NCBI GenBank assembly: GCA_904424815.1
Contig: CAJGBI010000002.1
Span: 610,206-642,205 of the forward strand
Length of the DNA stretch: 32,000 bases
Direction: 5' to 3'
Source: Puniceicoccaceae bacterium Marseille-Q1082
GTDB lineage: Bacteria > Verrucomicrobiota > Verrucomicrobiia > Opitutales > Intestinicryptomonadaceae
How positions within the stretch are numbered: position 1 is the first letter of the stretch; each line of letters opens with the position of its first letter. This document shows positions 1-8,339 of the stretch, piece by piece. The notes beneath the pieces were generated by a model. It ran no database searches. It was not told where the DNA came from and worked only from the letters and a program-made list of their open reading frames with translations. The translations under genes were made by a program, and so were the position numbers.

Positions 1-440
1 TCTACACCGGCAAAATCCGCAACTGGAAGGAGCTCGGCGGCGACGACGCCGAAATCGTGGTGATCTCCCGCGACACCAACAGCGGCACCTACGAGACCTT
101 CAACGAGCTCGTTCTGCGCAAGAACCCCGTCGTCAAGGGCGCCGAATACGTTGGGTCCAACGGGCAGGCGAAGACCCGCGTGGCGTCCACCAAAAACGCC
201 ATCGCATACGTCGGCCTCGGCTTTGCGGACGACTCCGTAAAGACGCTCTCCGTGGACGGGATACTGCCGTCTCCCAAGACCATAGTCTCGGGCAAATACC
301 CGATAGCGAGGCCGCTTTTCATGTTCACGAACAAGTATCCGAAAATGGGCACGCCCGTCTACGACTTCGTGACGCTCCACCTCTCCGAAGAGGGCAGGGA
401 AATCGTGAGGGACCTGGGCTACGTTCCGGTCGCCGAATAG
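1..440 (+). CDS. pstS: Phosphate ABC transporter substrate-binding protein PstS, 3' portion (5' end outside window; open frame begins at position 3)
   Basis: Frame 3 is open from the window edge: YTGKIRNWKELGGDDAEIVVISRDTNSGTYETFNELVL..., a PstS-like substrate-binding signature; followed directly by pstCAB-phoU. Confidence 0.93.
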   Translation, partial: YTGKIRNWKELGGDDAEIVVISRDTNSGTYETFNELVLRKNPVVKGAEYVGSNGQAKTRVASTKNAIAYVGLGFADDSVKTLSVDGILPSPKTIVSGKYPIARPLFMFTNKYPKMGTPVYDFVTLHLSEEGREIVRDLGYVPVAE

Positions 441-461
441 CGAACCTTATATAAATAAACT

Positions 462-1640
462 ATGAATGCGACAACCGCCGACACGGGGGGCGCGCGCGCA
501 AAGGGCGCGCTGATAATGGACAGGCACAGCTGCGCCGCGAAAATGCTTTTGGGCAGGCTCGGGCGCGGGTTTCTCCTATGCGTGACGGCCGTCCCGACGG
601 CGGCGGTCGTGTTCATTCTGTTCTTTATATTCAAAGAGTCCCTGCCGTTCTTCGAGAACCTCGGCAACGTCAGGGAATTTTTCACGAGCACCAATTGGGC
701 CCCCTCGCGCGAGGGGGATCCGCATTTCGGGTCGCTCGCAATCCTCTACGGAACTCTGATGGTGACCGTGGGCTCCTGCGCGGTCGCGGTTCCGCTCGGG
801 ATAACGGCGGCGATATGCCTAAGCGAAATCGTGAACGCGCGGATTTCGAGAATTTTCAGGCCGATAGTGGAGCTGTTTGCCGCGATACCTTCCGTTGCGT
901 ACGGGTTTTTCGCGATGGCCGTTTTCGCGCCGCTTTTGCAAAACCATGGCGGCATAATGATAAGCGCGCTGATACTGGCGGCGGGTCTGCCGATAGCGGG
1001 GGTTTCGTCGATACCGCTTGCGGAATTCGCCTCGTCAAAGATTTTCAAAAAGCCCTCGCCGGCGGCGGTGGTGGCGCTCAGGATTTTTGCGGGCGCCGCG
1101 CTCTGCTCGGCGGTGGCGTACGCCGCATGGAGGGTTTCGGGGGTCGAGATTTCGAGCGGCACCAACGCCTTCAACGCCTCCGTGATACTGGCGATTATGG
1201 CGCTGCCCACGATAGTCAGCATTTCGCAGGACGCCCTTTCGGCGGTCGGGCGCGACATGCGCGAGGGTTCGCTCGCGCTCGGCGCCACGCGGTTCGAGAC
1301 GATATTCAAAGTCATTCTCCCGTGCGCCAAAAGCGGAATAGCCGTCGCCGTCATACTCGGCTTCATGCGCGTCATAGGCGAAACGATGGTCGTGTGGATG
1401 GCCTCCGGCAACTCTCTCAAAATCCCCGAGCCTTTCTATAATTTCTTCGAGCCCGTCAGAACCCTCACGGCGACGATAGCGGGCGAAATGGGCGAGGCCG
1501 ACCAGACGACGGGCTCGGCGAGGTACCACGTGCTGTTCGCGATGAGCCTCTGCCTGCTCGTCTCCGGCATGGCGCTCAACTGGCTTAGCCAGCGGATAAT
1601 TTCGCGCGGGGCGTTCGCGCGCAAAAAGGGCGGAAAATGA
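462..1640 (+). CDS. pstC: Phosphate ABC transporter permease PstC
   Basis: 392 aa membrane protein with FGSLAILYGTLMVTVGS..PLGITAAICLSEI...IPSVAYGFFAM and ALGATRFETIFKVILPCAKSGI permease motifs; pst gene order. Confidence 0.92.
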   Translation: MNATTADTGGARAKGALIMDRHSCAAKMLLGRLGRGFLLCVTAVPTAAVVFILFFIFKESLPFFENLGNVREFFTSTNWAPSREGDPHFGSLAILYGTLMVTVGSCAVAVPLGITAAICLSEIVNARISRIFRPIVELFAAIPSVAYGFFAMAVFAPLLQNHGGIMISALILAAGLPIAGVSSIPLAEFASSKIFKKPSPAAVVALRIFAGAALCSAVAYAAWRVSGVEISSGTNAFNASVILAIMALPTIVSISQDALSAVGRDMREGSLALGATRFETIFKVILPCAKSGIAVAVILGFMRVIGETMVVWMASGNSLKIPEPFYNFFEPVRTLTATIAGEMGEADQTTGSARYHVLFAMSLCLLVSGMALNWLSQRIISRGAFARKKGGK

Positions 1641-3340
1641 AGACGTCTACGAGAAAAATATTGGACAAGTCGTTCAGCGCGCTCGCGCTGTCGTCGATGG
1701 CGATAATGTGCGCGGCGGCCGTCGCGTTTTTGGCGCCCATCATAATAAACGGGTCGGGGGCGGTGTGGTTCAAGGCCACCGTCGAGCACTTCAAATTCCT
1801 GCGCGAAGTCCTGGACAGGGGGTCCGCCCGGGAGCTCGCCGCCATGACGGAAAAGTCCGACGCCGCGCGCGAAAAGCTCTATTCGCTGATGCGCGCCTAC
1901 GAGTCTCCCGCCGATTTCAAAAAGATTTCCGGCGCGATAGCGTCCGCCCGCCGCGCCGCCTTCGCCGAAGCCGCCAAAAAGAGCGCGGAATTCGTCAAAA
2001 TTCTCGACGAAAACAAGGGGGCGGCCTCCGCGCCGGTCATAAAAAAGTTCGGGGCGGGGATTTTCGCGGATTACTCGGGGCTCGTCTCGGGCGCCGCCAA
2101 ACGCTCGTCCAGCCCGGCTATGGCCGAATTTCTCGCGGGCGAGAAAGAGGCGTTGCAGGACGGCGCGCGCGCGGTTCTGGAGGACTTCGCCAAAATCCGA
2201 AAATTGAGCGTGCTCGAAAAGGGAAGGGTGCGCCGCGAACTCCCCGCGGCGGCTCTCGAAAACCTCGGGGCGGCCTCGGAAAAGGTTTCAGAGGACAACG
2301 CGGCGTACGCGGCGTTCAAGGAGGGCGTGTGGGAGCTTCTCGGCCCCATGACGCAGGCCGACAAGGAGGCCGCGAAGATGATGCGCAGAAAGTTCGGGCA
2401 GACGCGCATGGACGTGGCGCGCAAGGTTCTCGGCGAGTCCGTGCTGCGGATTCGGGTGAACTCCACGGATTCAAGCGGCAGGCAGACTTCCGAAAGCGTC
2501 CTCGTGGCGGAGAGGTTCAAGGGCACTCCGCTCGCGGAAATGGCGAAGTGCGCCGAGGAGAATTTTACGGCGATGATGCAGCCGCGGAACACTTTTTACT
2601 GGGGATTCCTCTTTGACAGCCCGTACGACTCCAACATATTCGGCGGAATTTTCCCGATGATTCTCGGCACGTTTTACCTGACGGTCGGCGCCATGATTTT
2701 CGCCGCCCCCCTCGGAATCGTCGCGGCGATATACTTCTCCGAGTACGCCAAAAACGGCAGGGTCGTCAACTTCCTCAGAATGTGCGTGGGCACCCTCGCG
2801 GGGGTTCCGTCGATAGTGTTCGGGCTGTTCGGGCTTGCGTTTCTCATAAACACCGTGAAGGTGTCTGAGAGCAAAAGCGTGCTGGCGGGCTCCATAACCC
2901 TCGCGCTGCTGATACTGCCAACCATCATACGCTCCTGCGAAGAGGCTCTCAAAACGGTTCCAAATTCCTACCGCGAGGCCGCCCTCGGGCTCGGGGCGGG
3001 CAAGTGGAGGGCGATATGCACGGTGATACTTCCGGCGGCGCTCCCGGGAATGCTCACGGGGATAATAATCTCGATGGGCAGGGCTGCCGGCGAGACCGCG
3101 CCGATCATCTTTACCGCGGCGACGAGCACGGGGGCGGCGATTGCGCTCGCCGACGTGTTTACCGAGGCCACCCCCGCCCTGCCGTGGAACATCTACAACA
3201 TCTGCTCCGAACACGAAATGGCTGACAAAATCGAGCACGTCCAGTACGGAATGGTGCTGACCCTCATCGCGATAGTGCTCCTCCTCAACTCCGTCGCCAT
3301 CGTGCTGCGCGACAGGCTCCAGAAGAAGCTAAGGGGGTAA
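1637..3340 (+). CDS. pstA: Phosphate ABC transporter permease PstA with a large N-terminal extracytoplasmic insertion
   Basis: 567 aa; C-terminal half has [37 protein letters not shown]...[12 protein letters not shown] and [29 protein letters not shown]; ATGA overlap with pstC. Confidence 0.92.
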   Translation: MKTSTRKILDKSFSALALSSMAIMCAAAVAFLAPIIINGSGAVWFKATVEHFKFLREVLDRGSARELAAMTEKSDAAREKLYSLMRAYESPADFKKISGAIASARRAAFAEAAKKSAEFVKILDENKGAASAPVIKKFGAGIFADYSGLVSGAAKRSSSPAMAEFLAGEKEALQDGARAVLEDFAKIRKLSVLEKGRVRRELPAAALENLGAASEKVSEDNAAYAAFKEGVWELLGPMTQADKEAAKMMRRKFGQTRMDVARKVLGESVLRIRVNSTDSSGRQTSESVLVAERFKGTPLAEMAKCAEENFTAMMQPRNTFYWGFLFDSPYDSNIFGGIFPMILGTFYLTVGAMIFAAPLGIVAAIYFSEYAKNGRVVNFLRMCVGTLAGVPSIVFGLFGLAFLINTVKVSESKSVLAGSITLALLILPTIIRSCEEALKTVPNSYREAALGLGAGKWRAICTVILPAALPGMLTGIIISMGRAAGETAPIIFTAATSTGAAIALADVFTEATPALPWNIYNICSEHEMADKIEHVQYGMVLTLIAIVLLLNSVAIVLRDRLQKKLRG

Positions 3341-3347
3341 TTTTCAG

Positions 3348-4190
3348 ATGAATCTCACACTCGAAAAAAGAAAAATGACCGAAACGAAGACACAAAACGG
3401 CGGGGCCGCGAAGAGCGCGCCGGACGCGGGCGACATCGCCGTGGTCGCCGAAAACTTTTCGATATATTACGACTACGGAAAGTTCCACGCGGTAAAGGGC
3501 GTCTCGATGGGGCTCAGGCGCGGAAAGGTGACGGCTATAATAGGGCCCAGCGGCTGCGGAAAGAGCACCTTTTTGCGCTGCATAAACCGCATGAACGACC
3601 TTGTGGACGGCTGCACGACCTCCGGGCTTTTGGCGCTCGACGGCGTGGACATCTACCACCCGCGCCTCGACGTCGTGGAGCTGCGCCGGAGGATCGGCAT
3701 GGTGTTCCAACGCCCCAACCCGTTCCCGAAGAGCATATACGACAACGTCGCCTACGGCCCGAGGCTCGCGGGAGGCGTCGGGAGGGCGGAACTCGACGAG
3801 ATTGTCGAGACTTCCCTGCGCCGCGCGGCGCTCTGGGACGAGGTTAAGGACAGGCTCTCGAACAACGCGCTCGGAATGTCGGGCGGCCAGCAGCAGAGGC
3901 TGTGCATCGCGCGCGCTTTGGCAATGCGCCCCGAAGTGCTGCTTATGGACGAGCCGTGCAGCGCCCTCGACCCGAAGTCGACCTCGCGCATAGAGGATTT
4001 GATTGACGAGCTTTCGGGCGAGTACACGATAGCCATCGTCACCCACAACATGCAGCAGGCCGCGCGCGTCTCCGACTACACGGCTTTCTTCTACGAGGGG
4101 CACCTCGTTGAGTTCGGGCAGACGAAGCAGATGTTTACCAATCCGCAAATGAAGCAGACAAACGACTACATAACCGGGAGGTTCGGCTGA
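3348..4190 (+). CDS. pstB: Phosphate ABC transporter ATP-binding protein PstB
   Basis: Walker [10 protein letters not shown], signature [15 protein letters not shown], Walker [14 protein letters not shown]; '[28 protein letters not shown]' is typical of PstB. Confidence 0.97.
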   Translation: MNLTLEKRKMTETKTQNGGAAKSAPDAGDIAVVAENFSIYYDYGKFHAVKGVSMGLRRGKVTAIIGPSGCGKSTFLRCINRMNDLVDGCTTSGLLALDGVDIYHPRLDVVELRRRIGMVFQRPNPFPKSIYDNVAYGPRLAGGVGRAELDEIVETSLRRAALWDEVKDRLSNNALGMSGGQQQRLCIARALAMRPEVLLMDEPCSALDPKSTSRIEDLIDELSGEYTIAIVTHNMQQAARVSDYTAFFYEGHLVEFGQTKQMFTNPQMKQTNDYITGRFG

Positions 4191-4191
4191 T

Positions 4192-4899
4192 ATGAACGCG
4201 CATCTCGTAAAGGATTTGGACAAGCTAAAGGCGCAGATACTGCGCGTGGCCGCCGCCGTCGAGGAGAACGTCCGCAAGAGCGTCAGGGCCCTGCGCGAGC
4301 TCTCCGCGCCGCTCGCCGAGGACGTCGTTTACAGCGACAGAAAAATCGACGAAATGGAGGTCGAGACGGAGGAGGAATGCCTGAAAATTCTCGCCCTCCA
4401 CCAGCCCGTCGCCAGCGACTTGCGGTTTGTCATAACGGTGCTTAAAATCAACAACGAGCTCGAGCACATCGGCGACATGTCCGCGAACATCGCCCGCCGC
4501 GTCCCGTTTCTTCTGCGCGGCGGAAAGGCCCCTATCCCGTTCGACATCGACAAGATGACATCGCGCACGGTATACATGCTGAAAAGCAGCATAGACGCCT
4601 TTTTGAACGGCGACGAGCACCTCGCGGTCGGCGTGTGCTCGGACGACTCCATCGTCGACGAGGAAAACCGCAGGTGCTACGGCAACGTCGCCTCCGGCAT
4701 AGCGGAAAATCCGGAGGCGGCGATGGTGTACATAAACTATCTTCTGGTCTCAAAATCCCTCGAGCGCATCGCGGACTTGTGCACCAACATAGCCGAGGAC
4801 GTGATATACATGAAGCGCAGCCTGATCGTCCGCCACAATCTCGACGAGGCGGCGAAAATCATAAAGATGTCCCCGGATTTGGACGGGAGCGAAGCGTAG
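4192..4899 (+). CDS. phoU: Phosphate transport system regulatory protein PhoU
   Basis: 235 aa; PhoU-like repeats (DLRFVITVLKINNELEHIGDMSANIAR...; INYLLVSKSLERIADLCTNIAEDVIYM); last gene of the pst cluster. Confidence 0.95.
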   Translation: MNAHLVKDLDKLKAQILRVAAAVEENVRKSVRALRELSAPLAEDVVYSDRKIDEMEVETEEECLKILALHQPVASDLRFVITVLKINNELEHIGDMSANIARRVPFLLRGGKAPIPFDIDKMTSRTVYMLKSSIDAFLNGDEHLAVGVCSDDSIVDEENRRCYGNVASGIAENPEAAMVYINYLLVSKSLERIADLCTNIAEDVIYMKRSLIVRHNLDEAAKIIKMSPDLDGSEA

Positions 4900-4933
4900 C
4901 GATTGCGGGATTTTCAAGCGCGCCTGGATTATA

Positions 4934-4972
4934 GGGCCGTCCCGTTTCTTGGGGCGGCCCCGTGCCGTTTTT
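4934..4972 (+). terminator. Possible first hairpin of a tandem terminator region after phoU
   Basis: GGGCCGTCCC-gtttctt-GGGGCGGCCC (10-bp stem with one G.U), T-run a few nt downstream (4968-4972). Confidence 0.45.
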
Positions 4973-5004
4973 CCTCCGCGGGAGTTTTTGCGGAGGCGTT
5001 TTTT
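4973..5004 (+). terminator. Rho-independent terminator downstream of phoU
   Basis: CCTCCGC-gggagttttt-GCGGAGG-cg-TTTTTT: perfect 7-bp GC stem followed by T6. Confidence 0.8.
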
Positions 5005-5106
5005 GCGGCGATCCCGCAGGCGTTGCAGATTGCGCGGGGCTTTTGCGGGATGCCCCATGCGCCGGAGCGCGTCGGGGCTATTCAAAATCCCGCCCGCGCG
5101 CCGCGC

Positions 5107-5140
5107 AAAAAAAAGAGAGCGCCAAAAATCAGCGGCGCTC
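5107..5140 (-). terminator. Rho-independent terminator oriented leftward (minus strand)
   Basis: On the minus strand: GAGCGCC-gctgattttt-GGCGCTC-TC-TTTTTTTT; perfect 7-bp stem plus T8 tract. The plus strand lacks a T-tract. Confidence 0.65.
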
Positions 5141-5285
5141 CCCGCATATATTGCCGATATGTTGCCTATTGACAAAAATTCGGCGGCGCGCCCGCGCGGC
5201 TTCGCGTTCGCCGGATTTGGATGTTTGAGCCTCCGCGCCGCGCTTTAACCGACAGCCTTTCCGCCCCCGCGTTCCGGATTTTCCG

Positions 5286-5305
5286 AAAATATTCGCGCAT
5301 ATTTT
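5286..5305. promoter_or_regulatory. Palindromic site upstream of the araC-type gene
   Basis: AAAATAT-tcgcgc-ATATTTT, perfect 7-bp inverted repeat about 75 bp upstream of the start codon at 5380. Confidence 0.3.
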
Positions 5306-5379
5306 GCAAAAAACGCGGGAATTTGGTTGCCGACGCCGCCGGTTTTGCCCTATTTTGACTTTATTGGCATGATGGGCTT

Positions 5380-6276
5380 ATGGAGAACGCAGTGACCGAG
5401 TTCAGCGAGGAATCCCATTTAAAGGGCAACAAATATTTCAGGGTGGTGCACGGCAAGACGGACAAGTCGCGCTGCGTGGGGTTGCACCGCCACGATTTTG
5501 TGGAGGTTCTCTGGATACGCTCGGGCGAGGGAATGCTCATTTCGGGCGGGAAGGAAAGGTATTTCAGCCGCCACCTGCTATTCATATCGCGCCCCAACGA
5601 AGTCCACGTAATCGAGCCCGCGCGCAATTCCACGATAGACTTTTCCTACGTCGCCATTCCCGGGGGCGTGTTCGCGCGCTTCGTCCGCGACTGCCTTTCA
5701 GAAGAAGACGAATTTTTCCGCGGGAAGTTCGGCGGCATGTCGATGAAGCTGTCCTCGTTCGAGACCGCCTATCTCGACCGCGCGGCCTCGGAGCTCGTCT
5801 GGCAGAACGACTCCCTCATGGCGGTCTACCGCTTTCTGATAAACCTGTACTGGCAGATAAAGAGCGTGTTCGCCTCGGCGCTGCCCGGCAACATGCCCGA
5901 CTGGCTCTCGGACGCCTGCCAGCGCATACGCAATCCCGAAAATCTCGCCCTCGGCCTCGAAAAATTCCGCGAGATATGCGGCAAGGACATGTCGTACATA
6001 AACCGCGCCATGCGCAAATATCTAAATTGCACGCCGACCGAATACATAAACGGCGCGCGCCTGCGCTACGCCAAATGGCTTTTGGCGACCTCGTCGTTTT
6101 CCACGGGCGAGATTTCCGAAATTTGCGGGTTTTCCGACCTGCCGTACTTCTGCCGAAAGTTCAAGGAGGCGTTCGACTCCACCCCGGGCGCGTACCGCGG
6201 CGAGTATTCGCAGATGGGCGGCGACGCGCACGACGGGTCGAGGGCGGTCGCGCAGGAAGCCGCGCGAAAGCGGTGA
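5380..6276 (+). CDS. AraC family transcriptional regulator (N-terminal cupin-like domain)
   Basis: 298 aa; N-term GLHRHDFVEVLWIRSGEGMLISGG cupin-like; C-term double HTH ...LEKFREICGKDMSYINRAMRKYLNCTPTEYINGARLRYAKWLLATSSFSTGEISEICGFSDLPYFCRKFKEAFDSTPGAYR. Confidence 0.9.
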   Translation: MENAVTEFSEESHLKGNKYFRVVHGKTDKSRCVGLHRHDFVEVLWIRSGEGMLISGGKERYFSRHLLFISRPNEVHVIEPARNSTIDFSYVAIPGGVFARFVRDCLSEEDEFFRGKFGGMSMKLSSFETAYLDRAASELVWQNDSLMAVYRFLINLYWQIKSVFASALPGNMPDWLSDACQRIRNPENLALGLEKFREICGKDMSYINRAMRKYLNCTPTEYINGARLRYAKWLLATSSFSTGEISEICGFSDLPYFCRKFKEAFDSTPGAYRGEYSQMGGDAHDGSRAVAQEAARKR

Positions 6277-6284
6277 TTTTTTTT
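6259..6284 (+). terminator. Weak candidate terminator overlapping the araC-type gene 3' end
   Basis: GCCGC-gcgaaa-GCGGT then GA + T8; short stem (4-5 bp) but immediate T8 run spanning the TGA stop. Confidence 0.35.
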
Positions 6285-6309
6285 GAAACTTTGCCGAAGC
6301 GGAGACATT

Positions 6310-6315
6310 TATAAT
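6310..6315 (+). promoter_or_regulatory. Candidate -10 element for the macAB/OMF export operon
   Basis: Exact TATAAT 37 nt upstream of the SD-preceded TTG start; the -35 is poor. Adjacent 'tatacagtatac' could be part of an operator. Confidence 0.35.
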
Positions 6316-6351
6316 AAACCTATACAGTATACATACCAAGGAGGGCGCATT

Positions 6352-7632
6352 TTGAAAATTCTGAAAAAGCACAGGCGCGCCGCGGCGTGGGCGGTCGCGC
6401 TGGCGGCCGCCGCATTTGCGGCATATTACTTTTTTCTGCGCGGGGGCGAGCTTCCGGTCGAATACAGGACGGCGGAAGTCGAGAGGCGCGACATGCTGCT
6501 GACCATCGACGCCACGGGAACCGTGGAGCCGGAGGATTTGGTGAACGTCGGCGCGCGCGTGTCGGGCGAAATCGTGTCGTTCGGCAAGGACAACAAGGGC
6601 AAAGAGGTCGACTACGGCTCCGAAATTTCGGAGGGCGCGGTCATAGCGCTCATAGACGACGAAATTCAGAAGTCAAACCTCTTGCAGGCGGAGGCCAACC
6701 TCGAGCGGGCGAAGGCGTCGCAGAAGCAGGCGCGCGCAAACCTGAACGTGGCGGAGGCCAATTTGCGCCAGGCGGAGCGCAACTGGAAGCGCGCCAAGGC
6801 TCTCGGGGTTTCGGAGGCCCTGTCGCAGGCCTCCTACGACTCCTACCTGTCCGCATGGGAGCAGGCCACCGCCGAAATCGGCGTCGCGCAGGCGCAGATT
6901 CTTTCCGCCGACGCCGAAGTGATGTCGTGCGAGGCCGACGTGAAGCTCGAGCGCCGCAACCTTTCGTATTGCGTAATCAAGGCGCCCGTGGACGGGGTGG
7001 TGATAGACCGCATAGTCAGCGTGGGGCAGACGGTCGTTTCGAGCATGAACGCAAGCTCCCTCTTCCTGATAGCCAAAGACCTCAAAAAGATGGAGGTCTG
7101 GGCGTCCGTCAACGAGGCCGACATCGGCAGCATTTTCGCGGGGCAGGACGTCGAGTTCACGGTGGACGCATTCCCGGGCGAAAAGTTTTTCGGCAAGGTC
7201 AACAAAATCCGCCTGAACGCCACGATGTCGCAGAATGTCGTCACTTACATAGTGGAGGTTTCGACGGACAACTCCAACGGGAGGCTGCTCCCGTACCTCA
7301 CCGCCAATTTGAGCTTTATAGTAAAGCGCAGCAAAGGGGTGCTCGCTGTCCCTAACGCCGCCCTGCGCTGGAAGCCTGCGGACTCCATGCTGGCCGACGG
7401 CTGCCCCTCCGAGGCTCCGGAAGGCAAGAGGTTCGTGTGGGTCGAGGCGCCCGACAACAAGGTCAGGCCGGTTGCGGTTTCCATAGGCGTCAACGACGGC
7501 GCGTATTCGGAGGTGGAATCCCCCGATATAAAGGAGGGGATGAAGGTCGTCACGGGCGGGGAAGTCGCGTCGAAGAAGGGCGTTTCGCAAAACCCGTTCA
7601 TGCCCAAAGTTCCGCAGCGCAAAAAGCGATAG
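6352..7632 (+). CDS. macA: Efflux periplasmic adaptor subunit, MacA/HlyD family
   Basis: TTG start at 6352 preceded by AAGGAGG; N-terminal TM then VDLVNVGARVSGEIVSFG-type lipoyl motif, coiled-coil hairpin and NLSYCVIKAPVDGVVIDRIVSVGQTV. The longer ORF from 6283 overlaps the candidate promoter. Confidence 0.88.
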   Translation: MKILKKHRRAAAWAVALAAAAFAAYYFFLRGGELPVEYRTAEVERRDMLLTIDATGTVEPEDLVNVGARVSGEIVSFGKDNKGKEVDYGSEISEGAVIALIDDEIQKSNLLQAEANLERAKASQKQARANLNVAEANLRQAERNWKRAKALGVSEALSQASYDSYLSAWEQATAEIGVAQAQILSADAEVMSCEADVKLERRNLSYCVIKAPVDGVVIDRIVSVGQTVVSSMNASSLFLIAKDLKKMEVWASVNEADIGSIFAGQDVEFTVDAFPGEKFFGKVNKIRLNATMSQNVVTYIVEVSTDNSNGRLLPYLTANLSFIVKRSKGVLAVPNAALRWKPADSMLADGCPSEAPEGKRFVWVEAPDNKVRPVAVSIGVNDGAYSEVESPDIKEGMKVVTGGEVASKKGVSQNPFMPKVPQRKKR

Positions 7633-7643
7633 GAGGCCGCTCG

Positions 7644-8339
7644 ATGGGGCTCATAGAATTGAAGGACATCCGCAAGACCTATTTCATGGGCGACATAAAG
7701 CTGCCCGTGCTCAAAGGCATAACGATGTCCGTGGAGAAGGGCGACATGGTTGCGCTCACCGGCGTGTCGGGCTCGGGCAAGAGCACTCTCATGAACATTC
7801 TCGGGTGCCTTGACAGGCCGACTTCGGGCGAATACTGGCTCGACGGCGAGGAAATATCGCGCCTTTCCAATGACGGCCGCGCCGACGTGCGCAACCGCAA
7901 AATCGGGTTCGTATTCCAAAACTTCAACCTGCTGCCGCGCACCTCCGCGCTCGAAAACGTGATAATGCCGCTCGGCTACACGGCGAGCCACCTCTCGGAA
8001 AAGCAGATGCTCGAGCGCGGCAAGCGGATGCTCGAGCGCGTCGGGCTCGCCGACAGAATGGACCACGAACCCTCGCGGCTCTCGGGCGGGCAGCAGCAGA
8101 GGGTCGCGATAGCGCGGGCGCTGGTCAACAACCCCAGCATACTTTTCGCCGACGAGCCCACCGGCAACCTCGACACGAAAATGAGCGAGGAAATCCTGCG
8201 CATATTCAACGAAATCAACTCGTCCGAGGGCGTGACGATAGTGCTCGTCACGCACGAAATGGACGTCGCCAACAGCGCAAAGCGCATAGTGCGCCTCGTG
8301 GACGGGGAAATAGCAAGCGATGCCGTTATAAGAAAATGA
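7644..8339 (+). CDS. macB: ABC transporter ATP-binding protein, MacB/LolD-type
   Basis: Start ATG 7644 after AGGAGG; MGLIELKDIRKTYFMGDIKLPVLKGITMSVEKGDMVALTGVSGSGKSTLMNILGCLD...LSGGQQQRVAIARALVNNPSILFADEPTGNLD. Confidence 0.93.
   Translation: MGLIELKDIRKTYFMGDIKLPVLKGITMSVEKGDMVALTGVSGSGKSTLMNILGCLDRPTSGEYWLDGEEISRLSNDGRADVRNRKIGFVFQNFNLLPRTSALENVIMPLGYTASHLSEKQMLERGKRMLERVGLADRMDHEPSRLSGGQQQRVAIARALVNNPSILFADEPTGNLDTKMSEEILRIFNEINSSEGVTIVLVTHEMDVANSAKRIVRLVDGEIASDAVIRK

Noticed and set aside
578-1441. Large plus-strand ORF (287 aa) overlapping pstC
   Set aside because: Out-of-frame shadow ORF with Arg/Gly-rich low-information translation, typical of high-GC genomes; pstC is clearly the real gene.
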